From an uncultured delta proteobacterium (GTDB taxonomy: Bacteria > Myxococcota_A > Polyangia > Polyangiales > Polyangiaceae), in NCBI GenBank assembly GCA_963782055.1, contig CAWAIF010000002.1, forward strand, positions 492,581 through 556,580: a stretch of DNA of 64,000 nucleotides, read 5' to 3'. The notes beneath the pieces are model-generated. The model did no database searches. It was given only the letters and a program-made list of their open reading frames with translations, and was not told the origin of the DNA. Positions 8,000 to 18,857 of the stretch are shown here, piece by piece. The position numbers were made by a program, and so were the translations under genes. Position 1 is the stretch's first letter; the number at the start of each line of letters is the position of its first letter.

Positions 8000-10900
8000 T
8001 CAGGTGGCGTCGCTCAGCCACTCCCCGGCCATCGCGAGCGTCCGCGCGTGCTCCGGGACCCGCGAGAGGAAGCTCTCCCGTCGCTCCGGATCGCTGATCC
8101 TGGCCGCGCGCTCCTGCAGCCCATCGCGCGCGGCGCGAATCGCCTCGCGCGCCGCCGCGACGTCGCCCGCGGCGTGCTCCAGCTCCGCGCACACCAGCCG
8201 GACGTAGCCTTCGCCTTCCTCGACGCCGTGCGCGTCCAGCGCCGCCCTCGCCTCGCGCGCCGCCGCGACCGCGGCCTGCATGTCCCCCGCGCGCCTGAGC
8301 GCGTCGGCGAGCGCCGCGTGAGCGTACGCGCGCAGCGCAGGAGTGGCCTCCAGCAGCGACACGGCCTTTCCCGCGTCGTCTCGTGCGCGCGGCGCGTCGC
8401 CCCGCTCCAGCGCGATGCGCGCGGCGTAGGTGAGGCACGCGCCCTCCATGCGCGCGTCGCCCTGCTCGCGCGACATCCGCGCGGCCTCGTCCTCCACCCG
8501 CGCACCCTCCTCCGCCGCGCCCGACCGCGCCAGCGCCCAGCCCAGGTTGTGCAGCGCCGCGGCGCGCACGTTGGACAGGCCCAGGCGCTCGGCCTCGACG
8601 AGCGCGGCGCGCAGGGACGCGGCGGCGTCGTGAAACCGCCCGAGCTCGATCAGCGCGTAGCCGGCGTTCACCCGCTCGAGACACGCGTTGCGTAACCGGC
8701 CGGCGCGCTCGAAGGCCGCCGCGGCGCGGTCCTTGAGCTCCGCGAGCGACCCGACGTCTCCGGCGAAGAGCGCGCGGATGGCGCGCGTCGCCTCCAGGTG
8801 GCCCTGGAACGCGTCGTCCTCGCAGGAGGCGTGCGCCTCCACGCGCTCCAGCAGCGTCGCGGCGAGCTCCGGCCGCGCGAAGAGGTTGTTCTGCGCGAGG
8901 CGCGCCCCCGCGGCGAGCAAGGTGGGGGTGGGCTCCGGTTCGGTCAGCGCCTCGGCCAGACGCTCGCTCCACCCCACGCCGCGCTCCACGTCGCCGGAGC
9001 GGAAGCTCAGCACCGCGCTCCGCGTGACCGCCTCCGCCCAGGCGTCACTCCGCTCGGGGAACAGGGACACAGCCTGCTCGCTCGGCTCCAGCCCGCGCAC
9101 AATCTCGCCTCGCCAGAAGGCCGCCTCCGCTTGCAGGAGCCGCAGGCGCGCCAGCAGCTCGCCGTCGGCGCCGCCCCGCGCGCCGCGCTCGGCGCGATCG
9201 AACGCCACGCCGAGGGCGTTGCCCTCCAGCGCCTCCTCGGCGGCGCGCGCCCAGTGGACCGCGGCGCGGGCGCCGTCGCCGCCCTCCTCGAAGTGCTCGG
9301 CGAGCGCCACCGCGTCGTCGGCGCCGGACTTCTCCAGCCACCGGCCGGCGAGGGCATGCCCCAGGCGCCGGTCCTCGTCGGTGAGCATCGCGTAGGCGGC
9401 CTCGCGCACCAGCGCCTGCCGGAAGGCGTACTCCGTCTCGCCGCGCACGCTCGACTCGCCCCGCCCGGCGACCCACTCGCCCCGCTCCAGCACGTCCAGC
9501 AGGACGCCGACGTGCGTGGTGCGCGCGGCGCCGCCGAGGAGGGAGGTGACCGCCCCCGCCCAGAAGGTCCGGCCGAAGACGCTCGCCGCGCGGAGGACGC
9601 GCCGCGCCTCGGGGTCGAGCGCCGCGAGGCGCGCCTCCACCATGCCGAGCACCGTCTCCGGGACATCGGCGCGCCCCTCCGCCGCCGCGCGCATCAGCTC
9701 CTCCAGGGAGAAGGCATTGCCCTCCGCCTGCTCGGCGATGCGCGTCACCAGGGCGGCGTCGGCGTCCGCGCCCAGCACCGCGCGCACCAGCTTCTCCGAC
9801 TGCCGCCGCGAGAGGTTGCGCAGCCGCACCACGAGCGGGCTGCGCGCCGCCCATAGCTCGGGGAACAGCTCGTCGATCTCCGGCCGCCCGAACGCCAGCG
9901 CCACCAGCGGCTGCTCCCGGCAGACGCCGAGCGCCAGGTCCACCAGCTCGACCGTGCCGACGTCGGCCCACTGCAGATCGTCGAGCACCAGCAGCAGCGG
10001 CGCGGCGGTGGCCTCGGCCTCGACGAGGTCCACCCACGCGCGCCGGATTCTGATCGCCCATCGTGATGGCGTCCCGGCGCGCCGTCGCGAGCGGGACGTT
10101 CTCCGGGAAGGGGGTCCCGATCATCTCGCCCAGGAAGTCGGTCGCGCGCGCCGCCGTCTCGCCGTCCAGGTGCCGGGAGACCCGCGCCCGCAGCTTCTCG
10201 CGCCGCGCCTCCAGCGACTCGCCCGCCTGGATGCCCGCCTGCGCGCGCATCATCTGGGAGCACAGGCCGAAGGCGGCGCCGGCGCCCACAGGATCGCCCG
10301 CGGCCGACCACACCTGCACGTCGCCGCGCGCGCGCACGCGCCCCACGAGCTCGTGTGCGAGGCGCGTCTTCCCGACGCCGGGGGCCGCGGTGACGATGAC
10401 CGCGCTCGCGGTGTCCTCGTCCGACGCGCGCGCGAGCGCGCTCTCCAGGAGCGCGAGGTCCGCCTCCCGGCCGACGCACGGCGTGGGCTTGCCCAGGAGG
10501 GTGCGCACCGCGTCGCGCCGCTCGCGAGCGCCGGCGAGCACGAGACCGGCGGCGTCGCCCTCCACCTCGAAGCGCGCGTCGAGCAGGCCGGCGGTCACGT
10601 GGTCCATGCGCAGGCCGCGAAGGGGACGCGGCGCGCGCAGCAGGCGGGCCGCGCGATCCAGCGCCTCCCCCACCGGCCGCGCGCCCGCGCCGGTGGCCAC
10701 GGTGCGTCCGGTGGCGAGCGCCAGCGTCCCCTCCGGCGCCGCCGCCGCGAGCGCCAGCGCGCACGCCGCGGTGCGCCGCGCCTGATCGGTCGGCGCGCCG
10801 TCGCCCTCCAGCAGCACGACGACCGAGCCGTCGGCGAGCGCCTCCACCCTGCCGCCGTGCTCCTCGGCGATGCGCCGGTACGGCTCGACCGACCCCTGCA

Positions 10901-11855
10901 ACGCCGCGCGCGCCTCCGACGCCGACATGCTGTCCCCCGCCACCGTCGCGGCCACGTCCCGGCCGTGCTCGATGAGCACGACCGACGCCAGGCGCCGCTC
11001 GCTGCGTCCCAGCGCCGGCGGCCTGCGGCTCAGCGACGCACGCGTCCCGACCTCGGTCAGCTCCAGGCCCAGGAGCTCGCGCGCCACCTCGAGGCCGTTG
11101 GCGGGGCGCGCCTCCGGATCCTTGGCGAGCATGCGCGCGACGAGCGCCTCCACGTCGGACGGCACCGCTGCCAGCTCGCCGAGGGGCGGCGCCTCCTCCA
11201 GCAGCACCTTCGCCAGCACCGCGGCGATGCTCTCCCCCCAGAACGCCGGGTGCCCGGCGATGCACTCGAAGAGCACGCCGCCCAGGGCGAAGACGTCGGC
11301 GCGCGCGTCCAGCCGCCGCTCGCCGCGCGCCTGCTCGGGGGCCATGTACACGGGCGTCCCGATCACCTGACCCACCGCGGTGAGCGACGAGCGCACCGCC
11401 CCGCGGGCGATGCCGAAGTCGAGCAGCTTGACCCGCGCCGGCTCGCCGCCCACCAGCCACAGGTTGGCCGGCTTCACGTCGCGGTGGATCACCCCGCGCA
11501 GGTGGGCCGCGCCGAGCGCCTCGGCGGTGGCGCGCACCACCATCACGCTCTCCTGCACGGTGAGTCCCTGGCGCTCCAGCCGCTGCTCCAGGTCCTCGCC
11601 CTCCAGCCACTCCATCGCGATCCACGACGGGCCGTGCGCGACGTAGCGGACGATCCCCGGGTGCGCGATCTCCGCCAGCAGGGACGCCTCCCGCTCCAGC
11701 CGCCGCGCGCCGTCCGCGCTCAGGCCGTGCATGACCTTCAGCGCCACCCGCTCGCCGGTCTGCCGGTCGTGCGCGCGGTAGACCGCCCCCATGCCGCCCG
11801 CGCCGGCCTCCGCCTCGATCTCGAAGCGGTCGAAGGCGATCTCCCCGGGGCGCAT
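8000..11855 (-). CDS. Ser/Thr kinase - cyclase-like - AAA ATPase - TPR multidomain protein, split by a 1-nt frameshift near 10048
   Basis: Kinase motifs GAGGMGAVY, HRDVKPAN, DFG; Walker A AAPGVGKT; Walker B LLVLDDLQWAD in the downstream ORF. Deleting one A in CAGAATC restores MGDQIRRAWVDLVEAE. Confidence 0.88.
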
Positions 11856-11866
11856 GGCCCCCCAGC

Positions 11867-12742
11867 CTACTTCCCGAGGAGCCTGCGCGCCTCCTCCGCG
11901 TGCAGGCCCGTCGGGTACGCCGTCTCGTAGGCCTCGACGCCGATGCACGCGTCGCGCGTGCGCTTCTGCCGGCAGTCTTCGGCGCCCGCCTTCTGCCAGG
12001 AGTTCTCGTCCTTGCGCAGGCGCTCCAGCCCGGGCACCGCCTGCGTGAGCACGCGTGTCGCCTCGGAGGTGTGCGAGCCGTGCGGGTGCTTCTCCAGGTA
12101 GCCGCGCACGCCGTCGCACGCGTCGAGCGTCGCCGGCACCTTGCACACGACGGTGTCCACCGCGAACCAGTCGCGATCGTCCTGCGAGTCGGAGGCCGGG
12201 CCGGAGGGCCTCCCCGCGCCCTGCGCCGGCGCGGCCGCGCCCTTGAGCTCGCGGGCGTAGCGCGCGACGCGTGCGGAGTGGGCGAAGTCGCTCACCAGCG
12301 TGCCCACCGCGTCGTCGTCCGGCGCGTCACCCGGGTAGCCGCGGTAGTCGACGAGGAACTGGCCGAGCACGCGCGCGCCCGCCGTCACGTCCAGGCGCAC
12401 GGTGTACTTCCGGCGTCGCTGGCCGTTCTTCACCACCTGCCAGACGGAGTCGTCGGCGCCGACCGACACGTGCGGGACGAGCTCCACATCGTGCGCGGCG
12501 GACTGCTGGGTGACCACGGTGAAGCCGCTCTGGACGAGGGCGTTCTGCAGCGCGCTGCCGACATCGACCTCGCCGCCTCCCGGGGAGACGTACAGGGCGA
12601 GCTGCATCACCTCGGCCGGGGGCGGCCTGGAGTTCGCCGCGCTCCGGGCGCCAGCCTCTTCTCCGCCGCACCCGGCGGCGAGCGGGGCGAGGGCCAGCAC
12701 GAGCGCGCAGAGACCTGCGAGAAGAGGGTTTCGGGCGTGCAT
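11867..12742 (-). CDS. Hypothetical lipoprotein
   Basis: MHARNPLLAGLCALVLALAPLAAGC lipobox; TGATG overlap with the upstream gene; duplicated C-terminal C..v..Y...(H/Y)P.G.H..EA motif. Confidence 0.8.
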   Translation of the reverse strand: MHARNPLLAGLCALVLALAPLAAGCGGEEAGARSAANSRPPPAEVMQLALYVSPGGGEVDVGSALQNALVQSGFTVVTQQSAAHDVELVPHVSVGADDSVWQVVKNGQRRRKYTVRLDVTAGARVLGQFLVDYRGYPGDAPDDDAVGTLVSDFAHSARVARYARELKGAAAPAQGAGRPSGPASDSQDDRDWFAVDTVVCKVPATLDACDGVRGYLEKHPHGSHTSEATRVLTQAVPGLERLRKDENSWQKAGAEDCRQKRTRDACIGVEAYETAYPTGLHAEEARRLLGK

Positions 12743-13614
12743 CAGGGCTTGGGGACGGGGCTTCCATCCTTCCATACGTAGAAACCCTCGCCCGTCTTCT
12801 TTCCCAGCTTGCCCGCCCTCACCATTTTTCGCAGCAAGGGCGGCGGCCGGAACTGATCGCCCACCTCCCGGAAGAGGTGCTCCAGGATGGAGAGGCGCAC
12901 GTCCAGCCCGACGAGGTCGGTCAGCTTGAGCGGGCCCATCGGGTGGCGGTAGCCGAGCTCCATCGCGCGGTCGATGTCGGCCGCGCTGGCGACGCCGGTC
13001 TCCAGCATGCGGATCGCCTCCGCGCCCAGGATGACGCCGAGCCGGCTGGAGGCGAAGCCCGGCGTGTCCTGCACCACGATGGGCGTCTTCTTGAGCTGCG
13101 AGGCGAAATCGGTCGCGCGCCGGAGCGTCTCGTCGCTCGTGCCCAGGCCGCGCACGACCTCCAGCAGCTCCATCACGGGCGCGGGGTTGAAGAAGTGCAG
13201 GCCCACCGTGCGCTCCGCCGCGCCGATGCGCGCGCCCAGCTCGGTGATGCTGAGGGAGGAGGTGTTGCTGGCGAGGAGCGCGCTGCGCGGCGCGGCGTCC
13301 ACGACCTCCTTGAAGAGCGAGACCTTGAGCGCCATGTCCTCCGGCACCGCCTCGACGACGATGTCGGCGCCGTGGCAGGCGTCGTACACGCTGTCCACCG
13401 CCGAGAGGCGCGCGAGCGTCTCCTTGCGCTCCTCGTCGCTGATGCGCGCCTTGACCACCAGCTTCTCCAGCTGCGCGCCGATGCCAGCCATCGCCGCCTC
13501 GCGCCGCGCGGCGTCGACGTCGAACATGCGCGTCCGTAGCCCGCGTGTCGCCGCGAGCTGCGCGATTCCCTGACCCATCGTGCCGGTGCCGAGCACCGCG
13601 ACCGTCGCGTCCAT
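12742..13614 (-). CDS. 3-hydroxyacyl-CoA (3-hydroxybutyryl-CoA) dehydrogenase
   Basis: GTGTMGQG, EAVPE, SNTSSL, HFFNP, PMGPLKLTDLVGLD. Confidence 0.95.
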   Translation of the reverse strand: MDATVAVLGTGTMGQGIAQLAATRGLRTRMFDVDAARREAAMAGIGAQLEKLVVKARISDEERKETLARLSAVDSVYDACHGADIVVEAVPEDMALKVSLFKEVVDAAPRSALLASNTSSLSITELGARIGAAERTVGLHFFNPAPVMELLEVVRGLGTSDETLRRATDFASQLKKTPIVVQDTPGFASSRLGVILGAEAIRMLETGVASAADIDRAMELGYRHPMGPLKLTDLVGLDVRLSILEHLFREVGDQFRPPPLLRKMVRAGKLGKKTGEGFYVWKDGSPVPKP

Positions 13615-13622
13615 GGCTCACC

Positions 13623-14381
13623 CTATCCGACGAGGACAGCGCCCCCGTTCACGTTGAAGATCTCCCCGGTGACGAAGCCGGCGCCCTCGGTGCAGAGGAA
13701 GGTCACCGGCCCGGCGATCTCCTCCGGCGTGCCGACGCGCCCGAGGGGGATCGTGCCCAGCACCTTGGCACGCTCCGCCGGGTCGTCCAGCGAGGCCGCC
13801 GACATGGGCGTGAGCACCCAGCCCGGCGCGACGCAGTTGACGCGCACGCCGTGCCCCGCCAGCTCCGGCGCCAGGCTCTTGGTCAGGCTCACCAGCGCGC
13901 CCTTGCTGGCGGCGTAGTGCGCGTGCAGCGCCTCCCCCCGCTGGGCCGCGGTGCTCGCGATGAGCACGAGGTGCCCCTTGCGGCGCGGCTTCATCCGCCG
14001 CGCGGCTGCGCCGGCGACCGCGAAGACCCCGCGCACGTTGGCGTCCATGGTCTCGTCGTAGTCGGCCTCGGTCATGGCGTCGATGGCCGCTTCCTTCCAG
14101 ACGCCGTGGTTGAGCACGACATGGTCCAGCGGGCCGATCGCCGCCTCCGCCGCCGCGACGAGCCGCTCGCCCTCGTCCCAGCGGGAGAGGTCCGCGTGGA
14201 CCGCCACCGCGCGGCGTCCGAGCTTCTGCACCTCGGCCACGACGCGCGCGGCGCCCGCCTCGTCCGTCTTGAAGTGCACGACGACGTCCGCCCCCGCGCC
14301 CGCCAGCGCCACCGCGCAGGCCGCGCCGATCCCCTTGCTCGCGCCGGTGACGAGCGCGCGCTGCCCCGCCAGGCCGCTCAC
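13623..14381 (-). CDS. SDR family oxidoreductase (FabG-like)
   Basis: TGASKGIG, YAASK, VNCVAPG; GTG start coupled to the upstream stop. Confidence 0.93.
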   Translation of the reverse strand: MSGLAGQRALVTGASKGIGAACAVALAGAGADVVVHFKTDEAGAARVVAEVQKLGRRAVAVHADLSRWDEGERLVAAAEAAIGPLDHVVLNHGVWKEAAIDAMTEADYDETMDANVRGVFAVAGAAARRMKPRRKGHLVLIASTAAQRGEALHAHYAASKGALVSLTKSLAPELAGHGVRVNCVAPGWVLTPMSAASLDDPAERAKVLGTIPLGRVGTPEEIAGPVTFLCTEGAGFVTGEIFNVNGGAVLVG

Positions 14382-15091
14382 GCGCGCTTCTCGCGCAGCC
14401 CCGCGAGCGACGCGCCGCACGCGCACGTCTTGGGAACGCTCGCCTTCTGGTAGACGCGCTCGCACCGCGGGCACACGCGCGCGTCCGGCTCGAAGGCGAT
14501 GATCTTGTCCGTCTCCGCGCAGCGGCGCCCCACGAGCTGCAGCGGCGGGCAGTCCAGCACCTCGCCCTGATCCTTGGAGGGCGCGCCGATGGCGCCGAGG
14601 GTCTCCTCCGAGAGGTCCACGTGCTCCGGGATGCGGGCGCGCGCCTCCTTCGCCAGCCACGGCATCGCGCCGGGCAGCGAGACGCGGTCGACGCGCACGG
14701 TGAGGTCATCCCCCGACTCGTCCTTGCCGGTCACCACCAGCGCCTCCGGGTCGCCTGTCAGCGACTCCACGCGCCACCACGCCATGCGGCGCACGCCGCC
14801 GCGCTCCACCGCCAGGCCGGCCTGGCCGATGCGGATCGCCGCCTCGCTGCTCGTGCCGATCCAGATGGCGATGCCGAGCAGGATGGCGCCCGCGGCGAGG
14901 ATCCACGGCGCGTACTTGAAGGGCTCGAGCGCGTCCGCGCGCACGTACGAGCCGAACTGCCCCCACACGCCGGCGCCGAGCATGATGCCGCCGATCCCCC
15001 CGACGACGTACACGACGGTGGGGTTGGTCTTCGCCTTCGGGACGAAGCGCCGTTCGGTCCGCGCGCGCTTGGCTTGCTTCTTCTTGCTCAT
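14378..15091 (-). CDS. Hypothetical membrane protein with C-terminal Cys cluster (zinc finger-like)
   Basis: Two TM segments; C-terminal CAETDK...CPRC...CACG. Confidence 0.75.
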   Translation of the reverse strand: MSKKKQAKRARTERRFVPKAKTNPTVVYVVGGIGGIMLGAGVWGQFGSYVRADALEPFKYAPWILAAGAILLGIAIWIGTSSEAAIRIGQAGLAVERGGVRRMAWWRVESLTGDPEALVVTGKDESGDDLTVRVDRVSLPGAMPWLAKEARARIPEHVDLSEETLGAIGAPSKDQGEVLDCPPLQLVGRRCAETDKIIAFEPDARVCPRCERVYQKASVPKTCACGASLAGLREKRA

Positions 15092-15196
15092 CGTTCGGCC
15101 GCGCACATTACTCAATTTCGGAGCGCGCGCGAGCGTTCAAGCCGGGCCGCCGGCGGCCTGCGCGGAGGCGGGACGGGGTGGTAGGCTCCGCGTCCC

Positions 15197-17389
15197 ATGC
15201 GACGCACCCTCCTCCTCTTCGGTGCCCTGGTCCTCGTGGCGTGCGGGGCCGAGCCGCCGCCGCCCCCGCAAGCTCGCCCCACCCCGCTCCCCACGGCGAA
15301 GCCGGAGGCCGGGCCCGCCCCCGTGGTCGACCGCTACGGCTACCCGCCCACGCGCCGCAAGGACGTCACCGACACCCTCTTCGGCGTGCGGATCACCGAC
15401 CCGTACCGCTGGCTGGAGGACGGCAGCTCGCCGGAGGTGAAGGCGTGGGCCCACGCCGAGGACACCTTCGCGCGGGCGCGCCTCGCCAAGCTCCCCGAGC
15501 GCGACGCCATCGCCAAGCGCCTCGCCGAGCTCTTCTACGTGGAGACCGAGAGCCCGCCCGATCACGAGGGCAACCGCTGGTTCTGGTCGCACCGCGCGCC
15601 CAGGCAGGAGAAGTCGGTCGTCTACTGGCGGCAGGGCAAGAAGGGCAAGCCCAAGGTGCTGCTCGACCCCAACGCGTGGTCGGACGACGGCAGCGTCTCG
15701 CTCGGCCACTGGGACGCCTCGCTCGACGGCAAGCGCGTCGCCTACAACCAGAAGAGCAACAACTCCGACGAGGCGACGATGCACGTCATCGACGTCGCCA
15801 GCGGGAAGGTCTCCAGCGTCGACGTCATCAAGGGCACCAAGTACAGCGGCGCCTCCTGGACGCCGAAGGGCGACGGCTTCTACTACACGTACACGCCCCC
15901 CGCGGACGGCCACATCATCACCGTCGCCGACAGGCCGGGCTTCGCCGAGGTGCGCTTCCACAAGCTGGGCACCGACCCGGCGCAGGACGCGGTGGTGCAC
16001 GAGCGCACCGGCGACCCGAAGACCTTCATCGGCTCGGAGATCTCCCGCGACGGCCACTTCCTGCTCACCTACCTGGAGCACGGCTGGACCAGCACAGATG
16101 TATTCTACAAAGATCTCCGCCACGGCACGCCCAAGGCGTGGACGCCGCTGGTGAAGGGACAGCCGCACAAGTACGAGGTGTGGGTCTGGAAGGACCGCTT
16201 CTACGTCCGCACCGACGACGGCGCGGAGAACTACCACATCTTCAAGGTCGACCCGGCGAAGCCGGACCGCAAGGACTGGGTGGAGATTGTCCCGGAGCGC
16301 AAGGACGCCACGCTGCACAGCTTCAATATCGTCGGCAACCACCTGGCGCTCTCGTACCTGAAGGACGTCGTCTCCCACCTGGAGGTGCACGACCTGGACG
16401 GCAAGCTGGTGCGCGAGGTGAAGCTGCCCGCCATCGGCGACGCCTCGGTGCTGATGGGCAACCCCGGAGACGACGACGCCTACTACACCTTCGAGTCCTT
16501 CACCTACCCGCGGGAGATCGACGAGACGAGCATCAAGACCGGCAAGACCTCTCTGTACTTCCGGATGAAGAGCCCGGTCGACCCGTCCAAGTTCACCGTG
16601 GAGCAGCTCTTCGCCACGTCCAAGGACGGCACGCGCGTCCCGTACTTCGTCGTCAAGCCGGTGGACTTCAAGGCGGACGGCAAGGCGAAGGCGCTGGTGT
16701 ACGGCTACGGCGGGTTCCTCGTCACGCAGAGCCCGTACTTCACCTCCTCGGCCTACCCGTGGCTGGAGCGCGGCGGCATCTACGTGAGCGTCAACCTGCG
16801 CGGTGGCGGCGAGTACGGCGAGGCGTGGCACCAGGCCGGCCAGCGCCACAACAAGCAGCACGTCTTCGACGACCTCTTCGCGGTGCTGGAGAAGCTGGCG
16901 AAGGACAAGTACACGAGCGCGAGCCGCATCGCGGTGCGCGGCGCCTCCAACGGCGGTCTGCTCGTCGCCGCCGCGGTGACCGAGCGTCCCGACCTCTTCC
17001 GCGTCGGCCTCTGCGGCGTGCCGCTGGTGGACATGCTCCGCTACCAGCTCTTCGGCTCGGGCAAGACGTGGATCGAGGAGTACGGCTCGGCGGACAACGA
17101 GGCGGACTTCAAGGCGCTCTACGCCTACTCGCCCTACCAGCACGTCACGCCCGGCGTGCACTACCCGTCGCTGCTGGTGCTCTCCGCCGACAGCGACGAC
17201 CGCGTCGACCCGATGCACGCGCGCAAGTTCGTGGCGCGCATGCAGGCGGCGTCGGCGGGTGGCCCGGTGCTGCTGCGCGTGGAGAAGCACAGCGGCCACG
17301 GAGGGGCGGACCTGGTGCGCGCCGCGGTGGCGAAGATCGCCGACGAGCTCGCCTTCGCCTGGGACGAGATCGACAAGCCCAGGCCCTGA
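15197..17389 (+). CDS. Prolyl oligopeptidase (S9A), lipoprotein
   Basis: LVAC lipobox, DPYRWLED, RGGGEYG, GASNGG, DDRVDP, GHG. Confidence 0.96.
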   Translation: MRRTLLLFGALVLVACGAEPPPPPQARPTPLPTAKPEAGPAPVVDRYGYPPTRRKDVTDTLFGVRITDPYRWLEDGSSPEVKAWAHAEDTFARARLAKLPERDAIAKRLAELFYVETESPPDHEGNRWFWSHRAPRQEKSVVYWRQGKKGKPKVLLDPNAWSDDGSVSLGHWDASLDGKRVAYNQKSNNSDEATMHVIDVASGKVSSVDVIKGTKYSGASWTPKGDGFYYTYTPPADGHIITVADRPGFAEVRFHKLGTDPAQDAVVHERTGDPKTFIGSEISRDGHFLLTYLEHGWTSTDVFYKDLRHGTPKAWTPLVKGQPHKYEVWVWKDRFYVRTDDGAENYHIFKVDPAKPDRKDWVEIVPERKDATLHSFNIVGNHLALSYLKDVVSHLEVHDLDGKLVREVKLPAIGDASVLMGNPGDDDAYYTFESFTYPREIDETSIKTGKTSLYFRMKSPVDPSKFTVEQLFATSKDGTRVPYFVVKPVDFKADGKAKALVYGYGGFLVTQSPYFTSSAYPWLERGGIYVSVNLRGGGEYGEAWHQAGQRHNKQHVFDDLFAVLEKLAKDKYTSASRIAVRGASNGGLLVAAAVTERPDLFRVGLCGVPLVDMLRYQLFGSGKTWIEEYGSADNEADFKALYAYSPYQHVTPGVHYPSLLVLSADSDDRVDPMHARKFVARMQAASAGGPVLLRVEKHSGHGGADLVRAAVAKIADELAFAWDEIDKPRP

Positions 17390-17429
17390 CCGGCGGCACG
17401 TAGACTGCGCGGGCCCCTCCCGGCACGAC

Positions 17430-17520
17430 GGGCGTGGCCGGCGCGTCGCCGGGCGTCGCCGGGCGTCGCCAGGCGTGGCCGGGCGTCGCCGGACGTCGCC
17501 GGGCGTCGCCGGGCGTCGCC
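17430..17520. repeat. Tandem 10-bp repeat GGGCGTCGCC, about 9 imperfect copies
   Basis: Directly visible in the intergenic sequence. Confidence 0.9.
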
Positions 17521-17707
17521 GGCGCGTCCCGCGCCAACGCCCGACGGGTGGGGGGGAGGTCGCACCGCCCACGCGAGACGCCGCCTCGAGTCCCTCCCGC
17601 CCTCGCCTGTCCCCCCTGTCCCCTCCCCCTGTCCCGGGACACCCGCGTCGAATTGCAAGCATGCTTGTCGTTCGACGTTTCTGCGGGGTTCTGCGGAGAG
17701 GGGGGGG

Positions 17708-17723
17708 TGGCACGGGGGGTGCT
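17708..17723 (+). promoter_or_regulatory. Putative sigma54 -24/-12 promoter of the MarR-family gene
   Basis: TGGCACGGGGGGTGCT fits GG-N10-GC and ends 13 nt before ATG 17737. Confidence 0.55.
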
Positions 17724-17736
17724 TTGGGGGGGGCGT

Positions 17737-18330
17737 ATGGACCCTGTGTTCTTCACGATCAAGCGGGCTTACTACGCGACGCTCAGGCTCACCCGGCGGG
17801 CGCTCGCGGCGATGGGGCTCACCGCGGCGCGGTTCGACCTGCTCGATGCGCTGTACAAGGTCGGGACGCGGACCGTCACGCTGCAGAGTCAGTTACGGCG
17901 GGCGCTCGGCGTCGCGCGGTCGACCATCAGCGTCATGATGCGATCGCTCGAGCGGATCGGGCTGGTCACGCGGCGGCGGGACGGGCGTGACGTGGTCGTC
18001 GCGCTCACGCCCGAGGGGCGTCGGCGCATCCGGCGGGCGTACTACGGGCTGGTGCTCGTGGGGCACGTGGGGTTCGCGCTGGACGGGGCGCTCGCGCCGG
18101 GCGAGCGGCGCTGGCCCGACGCGCGGCGGTGCGCCAGCGCACGGCGGCACCTGGAAGCGCTCTGCATGCGCATCCGGCTCGGGTTCGGCGACGAGGCGAC
18201 GCTGGACAGGCTGACCGAGTACGGGTTCTGGGTGCTCCGCGATCGCGACCGAGCGCGGCGCGCGCAGGCGCGCCGCGAGCAACGACGGAGCGAGCTCGAG
18301 CAGGTCTGCGCGCTCCTCTCCGGGCCGTGA
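17737..18330 (+). CDS. MarR family transcriptional regulator
   Basis: GLTAARFDLL...QSQLRRALGVARSTISVMMRSLERIGLVTRRRDGRDVVVALTPEG winged HTH. Confidence 0.85.
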   Translation: MDPVFFTIKRAYYATLRLTRRALAAMGLTAARFDLLDALYKVGTRTVTLQSQLRRALGVARSTISVMMRSLERIGLVTRRRDGRDVVVALTPEGRRRIRRAYYGLVLVGHVGFALDGALAPGERRWPDARRCASARRHLEALCMRIRLGFGDEATLDRLTEYGFWVLRDRDRARRAQARREQRRSELEQVCALLSGP

Positions 18331-18428
18331 ACGACGTTCGTGCCCGGCACTCGCCGAGCCCCCGCGGCATGTCGGACGTCGGACGTGGAGAGCGTCCTCG
18401 CACCCGCCGCCCGCCTCCCAGCGAGACC

Positions 18429-18830
18429 TCAGTTGAACGCGGCCGACTGACACTCCGACTTGGCGGGGCAACCCGCGTTCGTCGCGCACGTCTCGCAGTC
18501 GCTCTGGCACTTGCTGCGGCACGTCTGCTCCGCGCTCTTGCAGTTCTGCCGGCAGCCGAAGTTGTTCTTGCAGTTGTCCTGGCACGTCTTGCTCGTCGTG
18601 CCGCAGGTGGTGCCGCACGTGCCCGCCGCCTGGGTGCACGACAGGTCCGGCGTGCACGCGCCGTCCGCGCCCGCGTCGCTCGCCCCGCCGTCGCCACCGG
18701 ACGCGTCGCTCCGGGCGTCGGCGCCGCCGTCGTCCACGGGCTGGAAGATGTCGAAGTCGTAGCTGCAGCCCGTCGCCGCGACGGCGGCGAGCGCGATCGA
18801 CAAGACGTGCAGACGCCCCATGCTCGCCAT
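18429..18830 (-). CDS. Small Cys-rich lipoprotein
   Basis: Lipobox ATGC; repeated C-x3-C motifs. Confidence 0.75.
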   Translation of the reverse strand: MASMGRLHVLSIALAAVAATGCSYDFDIFQPVDDGGADARSDASGGDGGASDAGADGACTPDLSCTQAAGTCGTTCGTTSKTCQDNCKNNFGCRQNCKSAEQTCRSKCQSDCETCATNAGCPAKSECQSAAFN

Positions 18831-18857
18831 GCTCGAACTGTAGCCGACCGGGCCCCG

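Noticed and set aside
10030..10070. Programmed ribosomal frameshift in the kinase gene
   Set aside because: No slippery heptamer; several other single-base indels in the window point to sequence error or mutation.
17430..17520. Tandem repeat as a CRISPR array
   Set aside because: The 10-bp units are contiguous with no spacers, and no cas genes are present.
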